Below are positions 1 to 12,500 of a DNA stretch of 64,000 nucleotides, piece after piece. The stretch is taken from NCBI RefSeq assembly GCF_000143415.4, contig NW_003314324.1, forward strand, positions 348,011 to 412,010. Reading direction: 5' to 3'. Numbering within the stretch: position 1 is the stretch's first letter; every line of letters begins with the position of its first letter. Below the pieces are notes generated by a model, which was not told the origin of the DNA, searched no databases, and saw only the letters and a program-made list of their open reading frames with translations. This DNA comes from Selaginella moellendorffii. Lineage: Eukaryota; Plantae; Lycopodiophyta. Made by a program: the position numbers and the translations under genes.

Positions 1-596
1 GTTTGATTGGAGCGCTTGGGGAATTTGCTCCGATAGGCCAGGCGCAGAAAGTTTTTTTAGTGTGGGCAATATGGTGGAATCTACACATATAGGTACTTTC
101 GTCCATTCCACTGCTTCATCTAAGTTGCTCAACCAGCGGATGGCACTTGTCTTAGCAATGCTTTTATTATACATGAACATAAAATTAATCTAAATATATA
201 GTATGTGTTTTAACTTTAAAAATGTTTTTAAAAAATAACAATTAGATCAGAGCATATAGTAGACTAATCTAGATTATCTAACAAGTACATTTCGCTTAAG
301 CAACCAGAAAGAATCTATCCAACTGCTCTATAATAATATTGTAGTGTATGTAAAGCATCTACTACAAAGTTGTTATATTGTTTATGTTGCATCATGGCCT
401 TGAATAGGACATTGAAGAGCACACATTATTCTGATGTAATTATATATTTGGGGAAAACATTTACCAAAACACAGTTTTGACTTGGCTATGCATTATCTCC
501 TAAGATCAAAATGAGAAACCTTGATTTACTCAAGATAAGATAAGTTAAGTTCCACAAACATGTAATTGTGCATTCTGGATATATACAAAAACCTAT

Positions 597-601
<5 letters not shown>

Positions 602-643
<42 letters not shown>

Positions 644-685
644 ATGTATATGTATATGTGTATATATACATGTGTGTGTGTATGT
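602..685. repeat. (AT)n/(GT)n compound microsatellite next to an assembly gap
   Basis: Direct reading; followed by 100 N at 686-785. Confidence 0.95.
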
Positions 686-785
686 NNNNNNNNNNNNNNN
701 NNNNNNNNNNNNNNNNNNNNNNNNNNNNNNNNNNNNNNNNNNNNNNNNNNNNNNNNNNNNNNNNNNNNNNNNNNNNNNNNNNNNN
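686..785. other. Assembly gap (100 N)
   Basis: Run of N. Confidence 0.99.
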
Positions 786-893
786 GATCTAAATAATTTA
801 TTGCTTAATAAAGAGTATGAAAGTTTTTTAATTTCATGATTTTCAATTTAAATAATAAATAATTTAAACATAAAATTGATTTTAATTATATAT

Positions 894-3478
894 TGTGAGG
901 TCTATACAATACCGTATACTAATATTAGCATAATGAGATTTTAGTAAGTATCAGATTTGTTTCAATCTAGACCACTCACTCCTATATATAAACTAAGGTT
1001 TTTGGGTTAATTGATATACACATTTCTACATTCTCTTTCCAAATTTTATACACTCACAATGGTGGAAGTGGGGGGCAATTTTGATTATTTCTAAAGAGTG
1101 CTAGGATTTAGGATTTTGGTTTAAATCTAACTTTTGCATTGTCTAGATCTCCATTTTTTTATAGTTGTTTTCAACTTTTTCACTTTTGTTCTTTCTTTTT
1201 TGTTCATGTTCATGGTAAAGTAGCTCTTCCTCCTTTGACTCTGGAACAATAGTTGTTGCAATTGCTTGATATATATAGTTGTAGTTGAACAATTAAACTT
1301 AGTTGATGGCAGCATTCATAGTATGTGGTACAACTCTTCCTACTCTTGTTGTCAATCCTTGTGTCTGGCTGAATTTTTTCTATGGAATCCTACAGATGAT
1401 GCATATTAATCACTTTATGGTGATTGCTATATATCATTCTTGGGATGATGTTTGGCATTTGTATGATTTTCCCACATGTTTCTAAGGGACAACACTTCAA
1501 TGGTATAATGGTTTAAATGTAGCCATTCATGAGGATTAAAGTATTCTCCTGAACGTTTTCAAACACACATTTGGACATACTAATGATTGTGATAATGCCT
1601 TTCAACAAATTGTATTGTCTTTGTCAAGAGCCATCTGAAGCCATAATGCAATTTGGCATTTGTTTTCGAAGCCTCTTGCTTCATGTGGAGCAAAATATGT
1701 CAGAGCAGATCAAGTTGAGAATGTTGTGGCCAACATTTCATCAAGATCTTGTAAAATTTGTGCATGCATTTACTCCAGCCACCCTTAACGATGCTCTTCA
1801 CTACACATAACATTATGAGATGTCGCCTTTTCCACTTCTCACTGCACGTACTTTAGCTCCATTTTCTATTGGAGATGGTATTATTCTAATGGAAGATGAT
1901 GTTGCTACTGTCTGAGTTCAAGAACAAGAACCAAGATGTGGTTGTGGCTGTAATGTCTACTATTAGGCATATAATGAAGTTGGTTATACTTATTAGTATT
2001 GTCAACATTGTCCGGATTGGTGACCTCCATTTATTGGGTGAAGACCTTGGCATCAATAATGTTCTGTTTATGCTACTGTAGTGGAAAGTTTAGATATCAA
2101 GATGCTTCCAGAAAACAAAGAGTGATATGAGTAGTAGAAGAACCTTGTACAAATAAATCAGTGACTCTTTCATATTTCTTTTAGGAGTATTATTAAAGGG
2201 TTCACTTAGCATCAGTTCATCAAGTGTTTATTTTCCAAGCTTGTTTTTATAATAAAAATTTTTCTATTATTCTCTTCGTGTTGGTTGATACATACTAGAG
2301 TTTATCTTTTATTGCTCAACTTGTTACCATACATTACCATTTACATTTGTGTTGTGTGGCAGAGCTAGTTTTCATTCTTTATTCCAACAGCTGTACACGC
2401 ACATGTGCATAAGATGCGGCAGACTTAGTTGTGTGTGTGGGATGTTGGTAATAAGTATATTATTATTAATTCTAACTACTTGATTCGTTGGGTGGAAGTT
2501 GGTGCTCTTGTTAGTGTATTTGTTACTACTGTTGGCTACTTCCTCCTCAATCGAGTGGTATTCTAGCATTATTGCTTGGAGTGAATTCTTTTGGATAATG
2601 GTTTTGCATTTATAGCTGAGGCATTTCATATTTTAACATCTTGGTTGAGGATATGCCACACTTTTATGAATGTTTATTATCCACAATCAGATGGTTTGGT
2701 GGAATGGCTCGTTCGGACCTCCAAAAGGATGATCATGAAATATATGAACTTTCAGCATTCAGAACTTTCAGTTGCATCTCTTCAGTATATGTATGTCACA
2801 GAAGTGTAGAGTTTTATTGGTGCCTTACCATTTAAACTCTTATATGGTCATAATCTGATACTACCAACGGAGTTGAGTTTTGCCACGTGCTACTGATGCT
2901 AGGTCATAGAATTAATATTTAACAAGCATTCGTCCATTTGTCAAGCAGAGTTTACTGAACACCTAGGCTGTGTACAAATGGGATAACAATGGTGCTACAA
3001 CTCTTATTATTGTTCACCTGTGGAGTACAAAATGGATGACTATATGTTAGTTTATTTTCCAAATCTTACAATACATGGTTTATCTAAAGAGCTCCTTGTT
3101 CAATAGAATAGACCATATTAAATGTTACAGCAAGTTGGACGGCAAATTTATAAGGTTTGGCATGATGTCCAATAGGCCAATCCTCCAAAAATTGGCATAT
3201 ACAATAGCTAAAACACTTCATACAAATGGATCATAAATAATTAACACCACTTATAAATCCATTAATGCTACCTCTTGATGTTTCTCCATATCCTGGCCTG
3301 TCCATGAGAAAATCTTGATTATCTTCCATCATTTTGAGAGAAGGGGATGATGTGAGATCCAATTGTATGGCTACAATGCCATATATTAATATTAGAGTAG
3401 TGGGATTTTCGTAGCTGTTAGATTAGTTTCAATCTAGACTATTCGCTCATGCATATAAACTAGGGTTTTTAGGTTAAT

Positions 3479-3551
<73 letters not shown>

Positions 3552-3581
3552 AATCTCTCTCCATATTCCATGATAGTCATA
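894..3581 (+). mobile_element. Decayed, internally deleted Ty3/Gypsy-like LTR retrotransposon
   Basis: Two similar LTRs, both starting TGTGAG (894 and 3351) and sharing 'gtttcaatctagac...tataaacta.ggttttt.ggttaattgatata'. PBS-like TGGTGGAAGTGGGGGG at 1060. Polypurine tract GAGAGAAGGGGATGA just before 3351. Integrase-like remnant YYPQSDGLVEWLVRTSKRMI at ~2675-2735. No long ORF. Confidence 0.75.
3481..3547. repeat. (AT)n microsatellite inside the 3' LTR
   Basis: About 33 AT units; the 5' LTR has only 'atataca' at this site. Confidence 0.95.
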
Positions 3582-5099
3582 ATCCATGTACTCATATGTA
3601 TTTTAATTTCATATCAAAATCCTTTTTATTATCCCAAAGAAATTTAAATTATTTCTCATAGCTATATAGAAGTAAACACAAAATTCTTTGATCAAAATGA
3701 AGAATACATATATATGTACATATATACATACATATGTATGTATATAAACACTACTAGGACTTTTTAGTTGATATTTATGTGTTTGTATTGTGCATTATAC
3801 TATTGTATTTTCTATAAACCTTGAGAAAACACATCTAGTTGAGAGATATGTTCTCATCCTTGTAGATCCATACAAATCACAACTACACTAACCACCACTC
3901 CCAAACACAGTAAAAATGAGGAAAAATTAAGACTATCAAATAGTATAGACTTATCAAAACTATCTAGGAGACAAAACAATTAGAATCTCAGTTCATGTAG
4001 CTTGTCAGGAATGTTTGTCAAAGCTTCTCTAAATGATGGATATATCTAACTCATAACTTTATAAATATTATATTAAAGAGTATAAATAATATAATTTGAT
4101 TTATATATTATTTCTTATTATAAATATTAAGTCTCTGTTCAAAACTATTTTAAGAAGTAAAACTACTCAAAAAAAAAGGAATTTGTCTAATTTTTTAAAA
4201 TACCTTTTTTTGTAACCTATTGTTAAGTTTTGTGAAGTTTTGTTAATGTAGTAGATGCTCTTTTGATCAATAATCTTTTGGTCAAGATTTGAGCCAAATG
4301 GCAAAAGAAAGATGAGCTTGCATTGGAAAATATTGTGGGCCTTGCAAGTCTGCAGGCCGAAGGACAAATGTTGGTAAACAAAAAGAATCACAACAAGATT
4401 CAAAATGATTGAACGTATGGTATGCTTCACCCATCCAAACATTTCTTCATTTCTTTCCAAATCGTTTTCTTGTTCTTCTACCTTCTATAAGCTTCCTTCG
4501 TGTTAGATGCGCTTGAATCTTCTGCTTGACAAGAGGATTCTTCCGGATGCTCCAAACGCCAACGCGTCCGGCTAATCATGACCCTCCATAAACCTGGTCG
4601 TTACCGTTCGATGCCTTTAGCTCCGTACACCGCGCCCTCGGTGTACGGCACCCCGGGCTTTTTAAAATCCGGGCAAAGCCCTCTTGTCGTGGTTTCATCC
4701 AGGCATCTTCGAGCGGGAGGAGCGAGAGCGTACCGCAAGGAGCGACGCCCGGCCAGATTTCGATATTTCGATCGCCGCGCATCGCGATCATCCACGATCA
4801 TCGCAGGTACATTGCGTGTCGAGCGGAATCGCCCCGGTTTTCTTGCCAGGAAAGGCATCGATCGATCGTCGTCTCACTGCTCTTGCCGCTCTCTCGGCTT
4901 TCACGCTTTTCCTCTCGGCATTTCCTCTGCGCGGTTGGATTCCCGTGATAGGGCTTTGGCATCCCCCCGCTTTTCGCCTCCTCTTTGGCCGCCATTGAAT
5001 GGCTCCCCCCACATTCCTCGCTTTTCTTTGAATGCGCTCCCAAATCTCCTCCTCTCCATGAAAAGCAGGGGCCAAGAAGCAGCGTTTCTTTGCATCGAG

Positions 5100-6116
5100 A
5101 TGGCCGCCTCCGAGTCTCCAGCTCCCCAGGTCGCAGAGAATTTCCCAGACTGCCACGGCACGGCGCCAGCAGCGACAGGCTATGGATGGCTGAGCCCTCG
5201 GATTTCGTTCTCGACAGATTTTGGGGTCCTCGCAGGGAAAGATTCGCCACGCAGGGAGGAGGCATCGGGCGTCCTGGAATGGTCCACCGAATTCGAGTTT
5301 AGCCTCTCCATCGAGTGCCCCGGGGGGTCGCCAGCCGACGAGATCTTCTGCGAGGGGAAGCTCCTCCCGCTCCAATTGCTGCCGTCGTCTCATCGATCGC
5401 CAATCCTGCTCGTCAAGGAGCTGCTGGAGGAGGAATCGGGCGGTGGCTCATCGCGGGACAGGTCGTGTGCTTCGTCGGGATGTGCCTCGCCTCTCATTGT
5501 CAAGTCGGCATCGTTTCCTCCCGGATCGCCCACGGTAGTTCTGCCAGCCGGACGGGGTTTCCACGCCACAGCAAGCAGCAAAGGGAATTCGTCCAAGTCG
5601 TACTACCCAGGCCTCCACACTCTCAAGCTCGTGACGCTGTTCTTCCGGCGGCAATTGGGAAGAACTCCGCCACCAAGGCCAGCTCCTGTTCCATCGCCCA
5701 GTGGCGACGGTAATTCGGCACAACCCGGTGACACCACTCCCTCCGTCATCGAGTTGACCCGATCCAGCTCAACTAGCAGCTCCGGAAACTCGCGCCGGCG
5801 ATCAAAGTCAACCAACTCGGGCCGGATCCTGTGGATGAATCTGGAGAGGTGTAGCAGGAAGAACGCGGACCAGAGCAAGAACAGGAGGAGGAGGAGAGCG
5901 AATCCGGGCGACAAAACAGGGTCGTCGTCGTCGTCGTCCGGAGCGCCGGGATCTTTCTCGTCGAGCGTGAGGGTGGCGCCGGTTCTAAACGTTCCGATGT
6001 GCATGGGGCCGGTGAGGGAGACCAAGAGTACACTGGCGGGCCTCCGCAAGCTGTTTCATGGGAGGAAGGCGGGGTTGCAGAGGGTGACTTGGGCTTGTCC
6101 GGGCGGCGCAGTCTAG
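5100..6116 (+). CDS. MAKR/BKI1-related (DUF1645-like) Ser-rich plant protein, intronless, ~338 aa
   Basis: Motifs SPRISFS.DF, FEF, SPADEIFCEGKLLPL, a basic cluster (KNRRRRR) and C-terminal VRVAPVLNVP. The ATG at 5100 is in frame with ORF 4578-6116. Confidence 0.7.
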   Translation: MAASESPAPQVAENFPDCHGTAPAATGYGWLSPRISFSTDFGVLAGKDSPRREEASGVLEWSTEFEFSLSIECPGGSPADEIFCEGKLLPLQLLPSSHRSPILLVKELLEEESGGGSSRDRSCASSGCASPLIVKSASFPPGSPTVVLPAGRGFHATASSKGNSSKSYYPGLHTLKLVTLFFRRQLGRTPPPRPAPVPSPSGDGNSAQPGDTTPSVIELTRSSSTSSSGNSRRRSKSTNSGRILWMNLERCSRKNADQSKNRRRRRANPGDKTGSSSSSSGAPGSFSSSVRVAPVLNVPMCMGPVRETKSTLAGLRKLFHGRKAGLQRVTWACPGGAV

Positions 6117-7630
6117 CGGAAAGGCCTGGAGGAGTTTCGGAGGCTTCGAAACGTTTTCTCGAGTACTATACTATCATAAGGAGGTGAAACCGTCCGTTAT
6201 GCGAGACTAGATCAGGCCTAAATATGATCGAGTAGCAGCAGCGGCAGAGATGAGAAATCTAGGAGAGATTCTGGCTCCGAAACGTAAACGTAAATCCCAG
6301 CAGCGCAGCTATCCGTGACTGAGGTATGTTGTTAAACTTTTCCTGGAGTTTGTTCTTGCTCCATTGAATTCCTTGCCTGCTGCCTTGGCGATTAAAATAC
6401 TGGAAAGAGTAATGGGCTTTGTTTGCTGGCAGGCATGAGGAGCTTTTCATTCGACGCGCTGTGTACGTTTCTCGTCTCGCACAAGACTGACGTCAGCTGT
6501 TGGCGGTGGGCGATCTTCTCCGAACTTCTTCTCTCGCGTCGCTCGGCGGTGACGGCCGATTGAGGAAGGGAATGTCCGCAGCTTTCTGATGAATCCGTGG
6601 GCGTTGTTGGAGACAATGAGAGGCCAGCAGCCGCAAGCAGCATTGACAAAAAGGTATGCGTTCTTTTTTCTTCTGAACTCCTCCTTTTTTTTGCTTTCTT
6701 TTTGGCTGTGCTTGAGGTTAGAGAGATGTTGCATGTGCTGCTTTTCTGCTGGTGGTCGTATGCTTGCAGGACGTCTTGTCTGTCTTGTGTGTGCTTGCGC
6801 TGCGCAAAGCGCCAGAAATGTGTCTTAGTGCTGCTGAAGGGAAGGACTGTGCGTCCGCGTACGAGCTTTTCTTCACTTCCTCTGCAAAGGCATGGTTTTG
6901 TCAATTTTTTCCGATTGCAACTTCCTGGGATCAAAGCTGTTTTCTCTCTTTTATCTTCTAAACTTGTGCGTATCTCTCTCCAGGATGGAACGAACTTCGT
7001 CATGCCGCAGGATCAACGTGCAGCAGTGCAAGAATCTAAGAGCAAAAGAGCTTGTGCAATGCAAAATCCAACTTCCAAAATCCAAGGTATGATGTTTGCT
7101 CAATCTCAACTAGAGCAGGGATTACTTCGCTACCAGTAGCACAAACTCTTCACTTGAGCGGACAGCATGGTGAATGCCATGAGAACAATGAGAGTACAGC
7201 CCACCCAGGTTTCTTCCGGTTTAGCGGCTTGAGTGGTGCTCAAACGTTCCTGTGTAAAGGGAGAAATCAAAGATCAGCAAAGGTCATGGTGTGAGATCCT
7301 AGCTTTGCTTACAAGAAAAAATTCCGACAAAGCTGAAGACTGAGTTACCATGTTGCGTAAAGAGTCTTCCAACCAAGTTCCAATCGTCAAACCATTTCTA
7401 CACAATGAGATGAAATTAAATGTTCTACCCGCAAATCTGAGCCCATCCATACAAATGTCAGGAATATGCTAGCGACTTACAAACCCTACCACCTTTTATA
7501 CACGCTACCTTTTAGTTTGGAAAAGGTAATGATAAACCCTGGTTAGGGTTAGGGCTTTACTTTTTTCCTTAACCTAGATATATAAACCTGGAATATACTG
7601 TTAGAGCTCACTCTTTTTAGGGTTTGTTCA

Positions 7631-8840
7631 ATGCGACAGCTCCATTTGAAGAAAGCTCAAATCTCTGGCGCCCATGATGGGCCGCTTCCATCCTGGGACA
7701 GATCTAGCAGAGGCGGCGGCGGCGGCGTCCGCGGCGGTGAGGAATCCCGGGGAATTGACGAGGCGGCGCTGGCGATCAATCATCTCCTGGGAATCGCTGC
7801 TCTGGGGCTGGTTTGCGTCTGGTGTGGAAATGTAAGGGGAGGTCTGCTCTGGAATTCCCCCAACAAGGATCTCCTCTTCAATGTAAGCTCGATTCGTTTC
7901 TTTCTCGCTGGCTGATCGCTGGATCCACAGTTCCATCCGGTGTTGATGATCGCGGGCTTCGTCTTCGTGCACGGTCAAGGTAAGATCTACTCTATCGATC
8001 GAGATTTTCGGAGAGTTGAAGTGGTCAGCGCATTAATTCTTTCTCTCTCGCAGCGAATCTAACGTATAGAACACTGACTGGCAGCAGGAACTACAAGAAG
8101 GCGATCCATTTCCTGGCACAAGGATTGGCGCTCGTCCTGGGAGCTGTGGGGTTTCTCGCGGCTCTCAAGTTCCACAATGACAGAGGCATTGACAACTTTT
8201 ATAGCTTGCATTCGTGGTTGGGCCTCACAACCATGACCCTCTTTGTCACGCAGGTTCGATTTCACAGCTCCATCCTCATTAATTTGATTTTAGTTCTTCA
8301 ACACTTGCATGCCTTGTGCTTGGTTTTCTTTCCCTGCAGTTTTTTTTTCCTCTCTCCTCTCTTTATTCCTGTTTTTTCCTTGGTTAAATCCCAGAAACGT
8401 TTCCTCGTTTCAAAACTTTTCTCCCCAGTGATCTCGAAGAGTCTTTCTTCGAGATAGTTTTTGTCTCTTGATGTTCCTTTCAAAGTTCTAGGATGATCCT
8501 AGAACTTTGGAATTTTTGGAATTTGGTTTCTAGTAGGACTTACGCTTGTTTTTTTTTGCAGTGGACGGTGGGATTCGTCTCATTTTGGTACCCCGGTGGC
8601 TCCACCGCCGCTCGATCTTCCATTCTCCCATGGCACATCTTCTCGGGGATTTTTCTCTACACTTTGAGCCTAGTTACTGCCGAGACGGGCCTCTTGGAGA
8701 AGTTAACTTTTCTCCAAACTTCCCAGGCCATCGAAAGATTTGGCAGGGAATCCACCCTGGTAAATTCCCTGGGATTAATCCTCGTCCTCCTGGGCTTCTT
8801 CCATGCGCTTGCGTTGCTAACACCTAAACCGCCAAGATGA
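7631..8840 (+). CDS. CYB561: Cytochrome b561 (transmembrane ascorbate ferrireductase), 4 exons: 7631-7882, 7931-7979, 8054-8253, 8562-8840
   Basis: GT-AG introns join in frame. Motifs FNFHPVLM, KAIH, NFYSLHSWLG, PWH and TGLLEKLTF are present, including all four heme-ligand His. Confidence 0.9.
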
Positions 8841-9525
8841 TCATGAGAATCATATAGGTTCTTCATATTAGAAGTTTGCCAAGGAATGAAAATGCTTTCC
8901 AAGATTATCTACGTTATGGGCGTCCAAACCATTAACCTTGAAATTTCTACCCGCACCAGTTTAGTTTAAGGTGGACACCCGTTGTTCGAGCACACACTAT
9001 GCTTTCCATACTTGTGCCTGTGGTTGCAAACACGTTCAGCACTATAAAGTTTCCTTGTGGGTGCCGCTGATTGATGAAACGCAACCAGTATCCTAGGAAC
9101 CTCTCTATATGACCTGATCACAAACTATGCACACTACCAAAAAGATGTATTTCCCTGGATGAAATAGTGATGGAACGCATGATACACCCTTCCGCTGTTG
9201 AGCATTAATTTTGCGACCGTGGAATGTTCACAAACTGCTGCAGAGCTGGAGTGGAGATTTCTCGAAAATTGTAGTTTTCCCAGGGTCTTTACATAACATA
9301 ACCTTACATAACAAGCTCTTTACAATCATGAGAGCCCAAGCAGCATCAGACCAGTTTTTTGTTGAATAAAGAGCTGCTCGAGAATGCAAAGAAGCCTGTC
9401 TTGTAGAGCTGTGGCTGATGTGATTGCAGGAGAAAGTCATGAAGAGGTGAGGTGAAATCCAGGGAATTCTCCAGCCTTACATGTGAGAACCATCCAAATA
9501 TTACTTGTCAAATGTCAAAATCATT

Positions 9526-12500
9526 ACTAAATTGCTACGCGTTGCGTGTAGCAACGCTTGGTTTGCTTAATGGTAATTTTATTATTACTTATTAATCTAA
9601 TTGATCAAATAAAGTTTATAATTATAAGCATGTTTGTAATTTATAAACACAAGATTAATCTTATTGCATATCAACCATTAGATGATAGAATAAAAAAGAA
9701 TATATTAGAAAGTGTTTAGGAAAGTTTATAAATTATAAATACCAGATTAATCTAAATAAATACCAACCATTAAATGGTAGAATATCCTAGAATATCCAAG
9801 CATATTCTAGGTATTTTCACTATATAGGTTTGCTTAAGCAAACAAAAAATGCAGATGTCTAATATTTTGGAAGAATTAGCATTTAGATTCTTATTGTAAA
9901 TCTATTATAGTTACATTAAAGTTTAAAGGTATGAGAGCACAATATGCTTTCCAAAGTAAGTGAGCAAGCTTAAACACTTTGCAAAAGTTTTTAATAAAAT
10001 ATTTAATACAAATCTATGATACACATTATTAAATACCAATTGAACACCTTCTAACACACCTTTTTTCTAATAAAAAACCCAAATTTTTATTATCCTTATT
10101 TTTAGTAATTATCACACTAAATGTAAGAGAGAACAATTGGCCTTGCTACAAACATATATCAAAGGTATCTTAACTTCAAATATGTCATATCAAGATTGAT
10201 TAAAAGATAATAACACACAAAACTAATAATAAAGCAAACACTATACAAGATAAAAAGCCTTTTAAAATTTGAATTTCCATCAGCTTTGATATGAAATATG
10301 TTATCTAAATTTCTTAAAATAAGAAAATTTTCATATTCAAGTAGTTTTGTATAAGTTATATCATAATCTCTATAAATTTTTTTTGTAATTTTCTTGTTTT
10401 CTTTCCAAATTTTTTAATATGCTTGCAATATATTTTAGCTATCATGCTTTTCGGAATCACCTTTAATTTACCTCTCACTCATTACTTGAAATGATCTACA
10501 ATCCAATTCACCAATGTCTTTTTGTTTCCCAAATTCTTTATCCCATTACATGAATGTTTATTCACAAGTAAGATGAATCTTTGTCAATAAAAAAAGATTA
10601 AATGAGTCTTTCTTTTGCATCAAATTGTGTATCATTTCCTCTTTAATTGCTCATGGTAAATTCAAAATATTTAGAAATAGCTACATTTTTCATTGCTATT
10701 CTTAGATCATCAATAGAATTATACCTTGCCGAAATAAACTTCATTTAGTTGTGATTAAACAATATCTATTTAGCCATATTTTCTCTAGGTTAAAATAGAA
10801 TATTCTTTTAAAATGCTCTTAAACTTCATAGGCTTTTTTTGCAAATTTAAAACTTCAAGAGGTATTAATTTGCAAATATAACTTTTAAGCAGTTTTCCCT
10901 TAATTTTTCTAAAATATAATATTAAATATTGCCAAACATAGTTTTATTATTTAACTCTTGACAACTCTTACTCTTGCAACTTTACTCTCATCTCTTTATT
11001 GGTGGGATGATGTGATTTTTTATAATAATTAGTTATTCTCTTTAATGGTTTATACCTTTCTGCATTACCATATGTTTTTTGTGGTTTGCTCTGGATTAAT
11101 CTATTGAGCTCTCACATAAAGTAATGGAGAGATAGGCTCTTGACTCTTTGGGTGAGGACTTTTATTATTTTTTATTTCACTAACACTTATACATTTTTTA
11201 AAAAATTTTTATAATGCTTCTCTCAAAAAGTAAGCCTTTCTAGGGTTGTTTTACCTCGACTTTTATAAATAAAGACCTTTGTTGTCTTTTTTTTCACTAG
11301 TTTATCAATTTTAATTCTATTGTGCAACTCAATCATTTTGCAAATCTAAGCTTTCCTATTATTTTTGTGAGTTTTGTGTCAATTTTTTAGAGAAAATATT
11401 ATTTATCTTTCATAGATTACTTGGTTATAGGATTGATTTTTTTTTGCATGGCTAAGCTAATAATGATAGCTTGTAGATGCCTACATTATAAGAAGAAAAA
11501 TGTATCTGTAAGAATATTTAATAGCCACTATATTCGTGTTGAGCAAAATAAATATGGAAAACATTTCAAATGGAGTTAAAGATGGACATTCTAGAAATTT
11601 AAACTCAATTTTATTCAATTGATGTGGAATTTATATTTTAACTATCACTTAGATTGTCACTTAAAGTTTAATGTTGAAACTTCAACAAATTTGGTTTCAA
11701 AAGAAATATTTTTAAAAAGCAAATGCTTATAGCAACATTTAGATATCCTCCCCTTATTCTATGAAGGACACACTTGAATGTTCAAGGTCTAAAAATGTTA
11801 TATTTTCTGGATATTAAAATTAAAAAATGGATTAAATTACTAAACTTAAAGTAATGGATATATTACTATGGCATGGCCAAATATAAACAAGGAGCACATA
11901 TCATATTGTGGGAATACTCAATTTCAACTAACTTTTTTTCAAATAAAAGATTTCATTTCTAATATATTAGCTTATTGAAATGATTGTTAAACCTAAAGCT
12001 AACTCAATAAAGAGAGCATAAGTTTTGGTATAGTTTTTTGTTGTAAAAATATTAAATCTAAATTCAACATAAAAGCTACCTCTTGTTTGTGTTTATGGAA
12101 TGCAATATTAAGCATTTACAACCAAGGATGATAAGTTTATACAAAGGTGAAATGAAGAGTAATAAGCATATTCTTTTATCTGGAAACAAATCAATAAATA
12201 AGTTAGTATTTTACATTACACCACTAAAGACAAGAGATAAAGGATTATAATCAAGCTTAGTACCTTGAACTTCAATGCATTAAAATACTTATTAATATTT
12301 TTACTCTAATCAGATTTTTAGACTAATTGGCTAATGCATGGATAAACTTTTTAGTTTTGATTTTTTTTCCTTTAAAAAGATTTTGGAATAAAGAACAAAG
12401 AGAAACTTAAAAATTATAAAGATGAACAAATTTATGCTATTATATACTTGCTTGTTTGTTAGTAACATGGTGGAAATTCTTTGTTACTAGCAATTTACAT

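Noticed and set aside
486-839. ORFs across the microsatellite and gap
   Set aside because: Artefacts of dinucleotide repeats and Ns.
4578-5099. 174-aa N-terminal extension of the 512-aa ORF
   Set aside because: No recognisable motifs, and it reads like promoter/5' UTR; family motifs begin after the ATG at 5100.
7519-7568. Imperfect hairpin with telomere-like TTAGGG units upstream of CYB561
   Set aside because: Only two units and a short stem; cannot be distinguished from a telo-box or chance.
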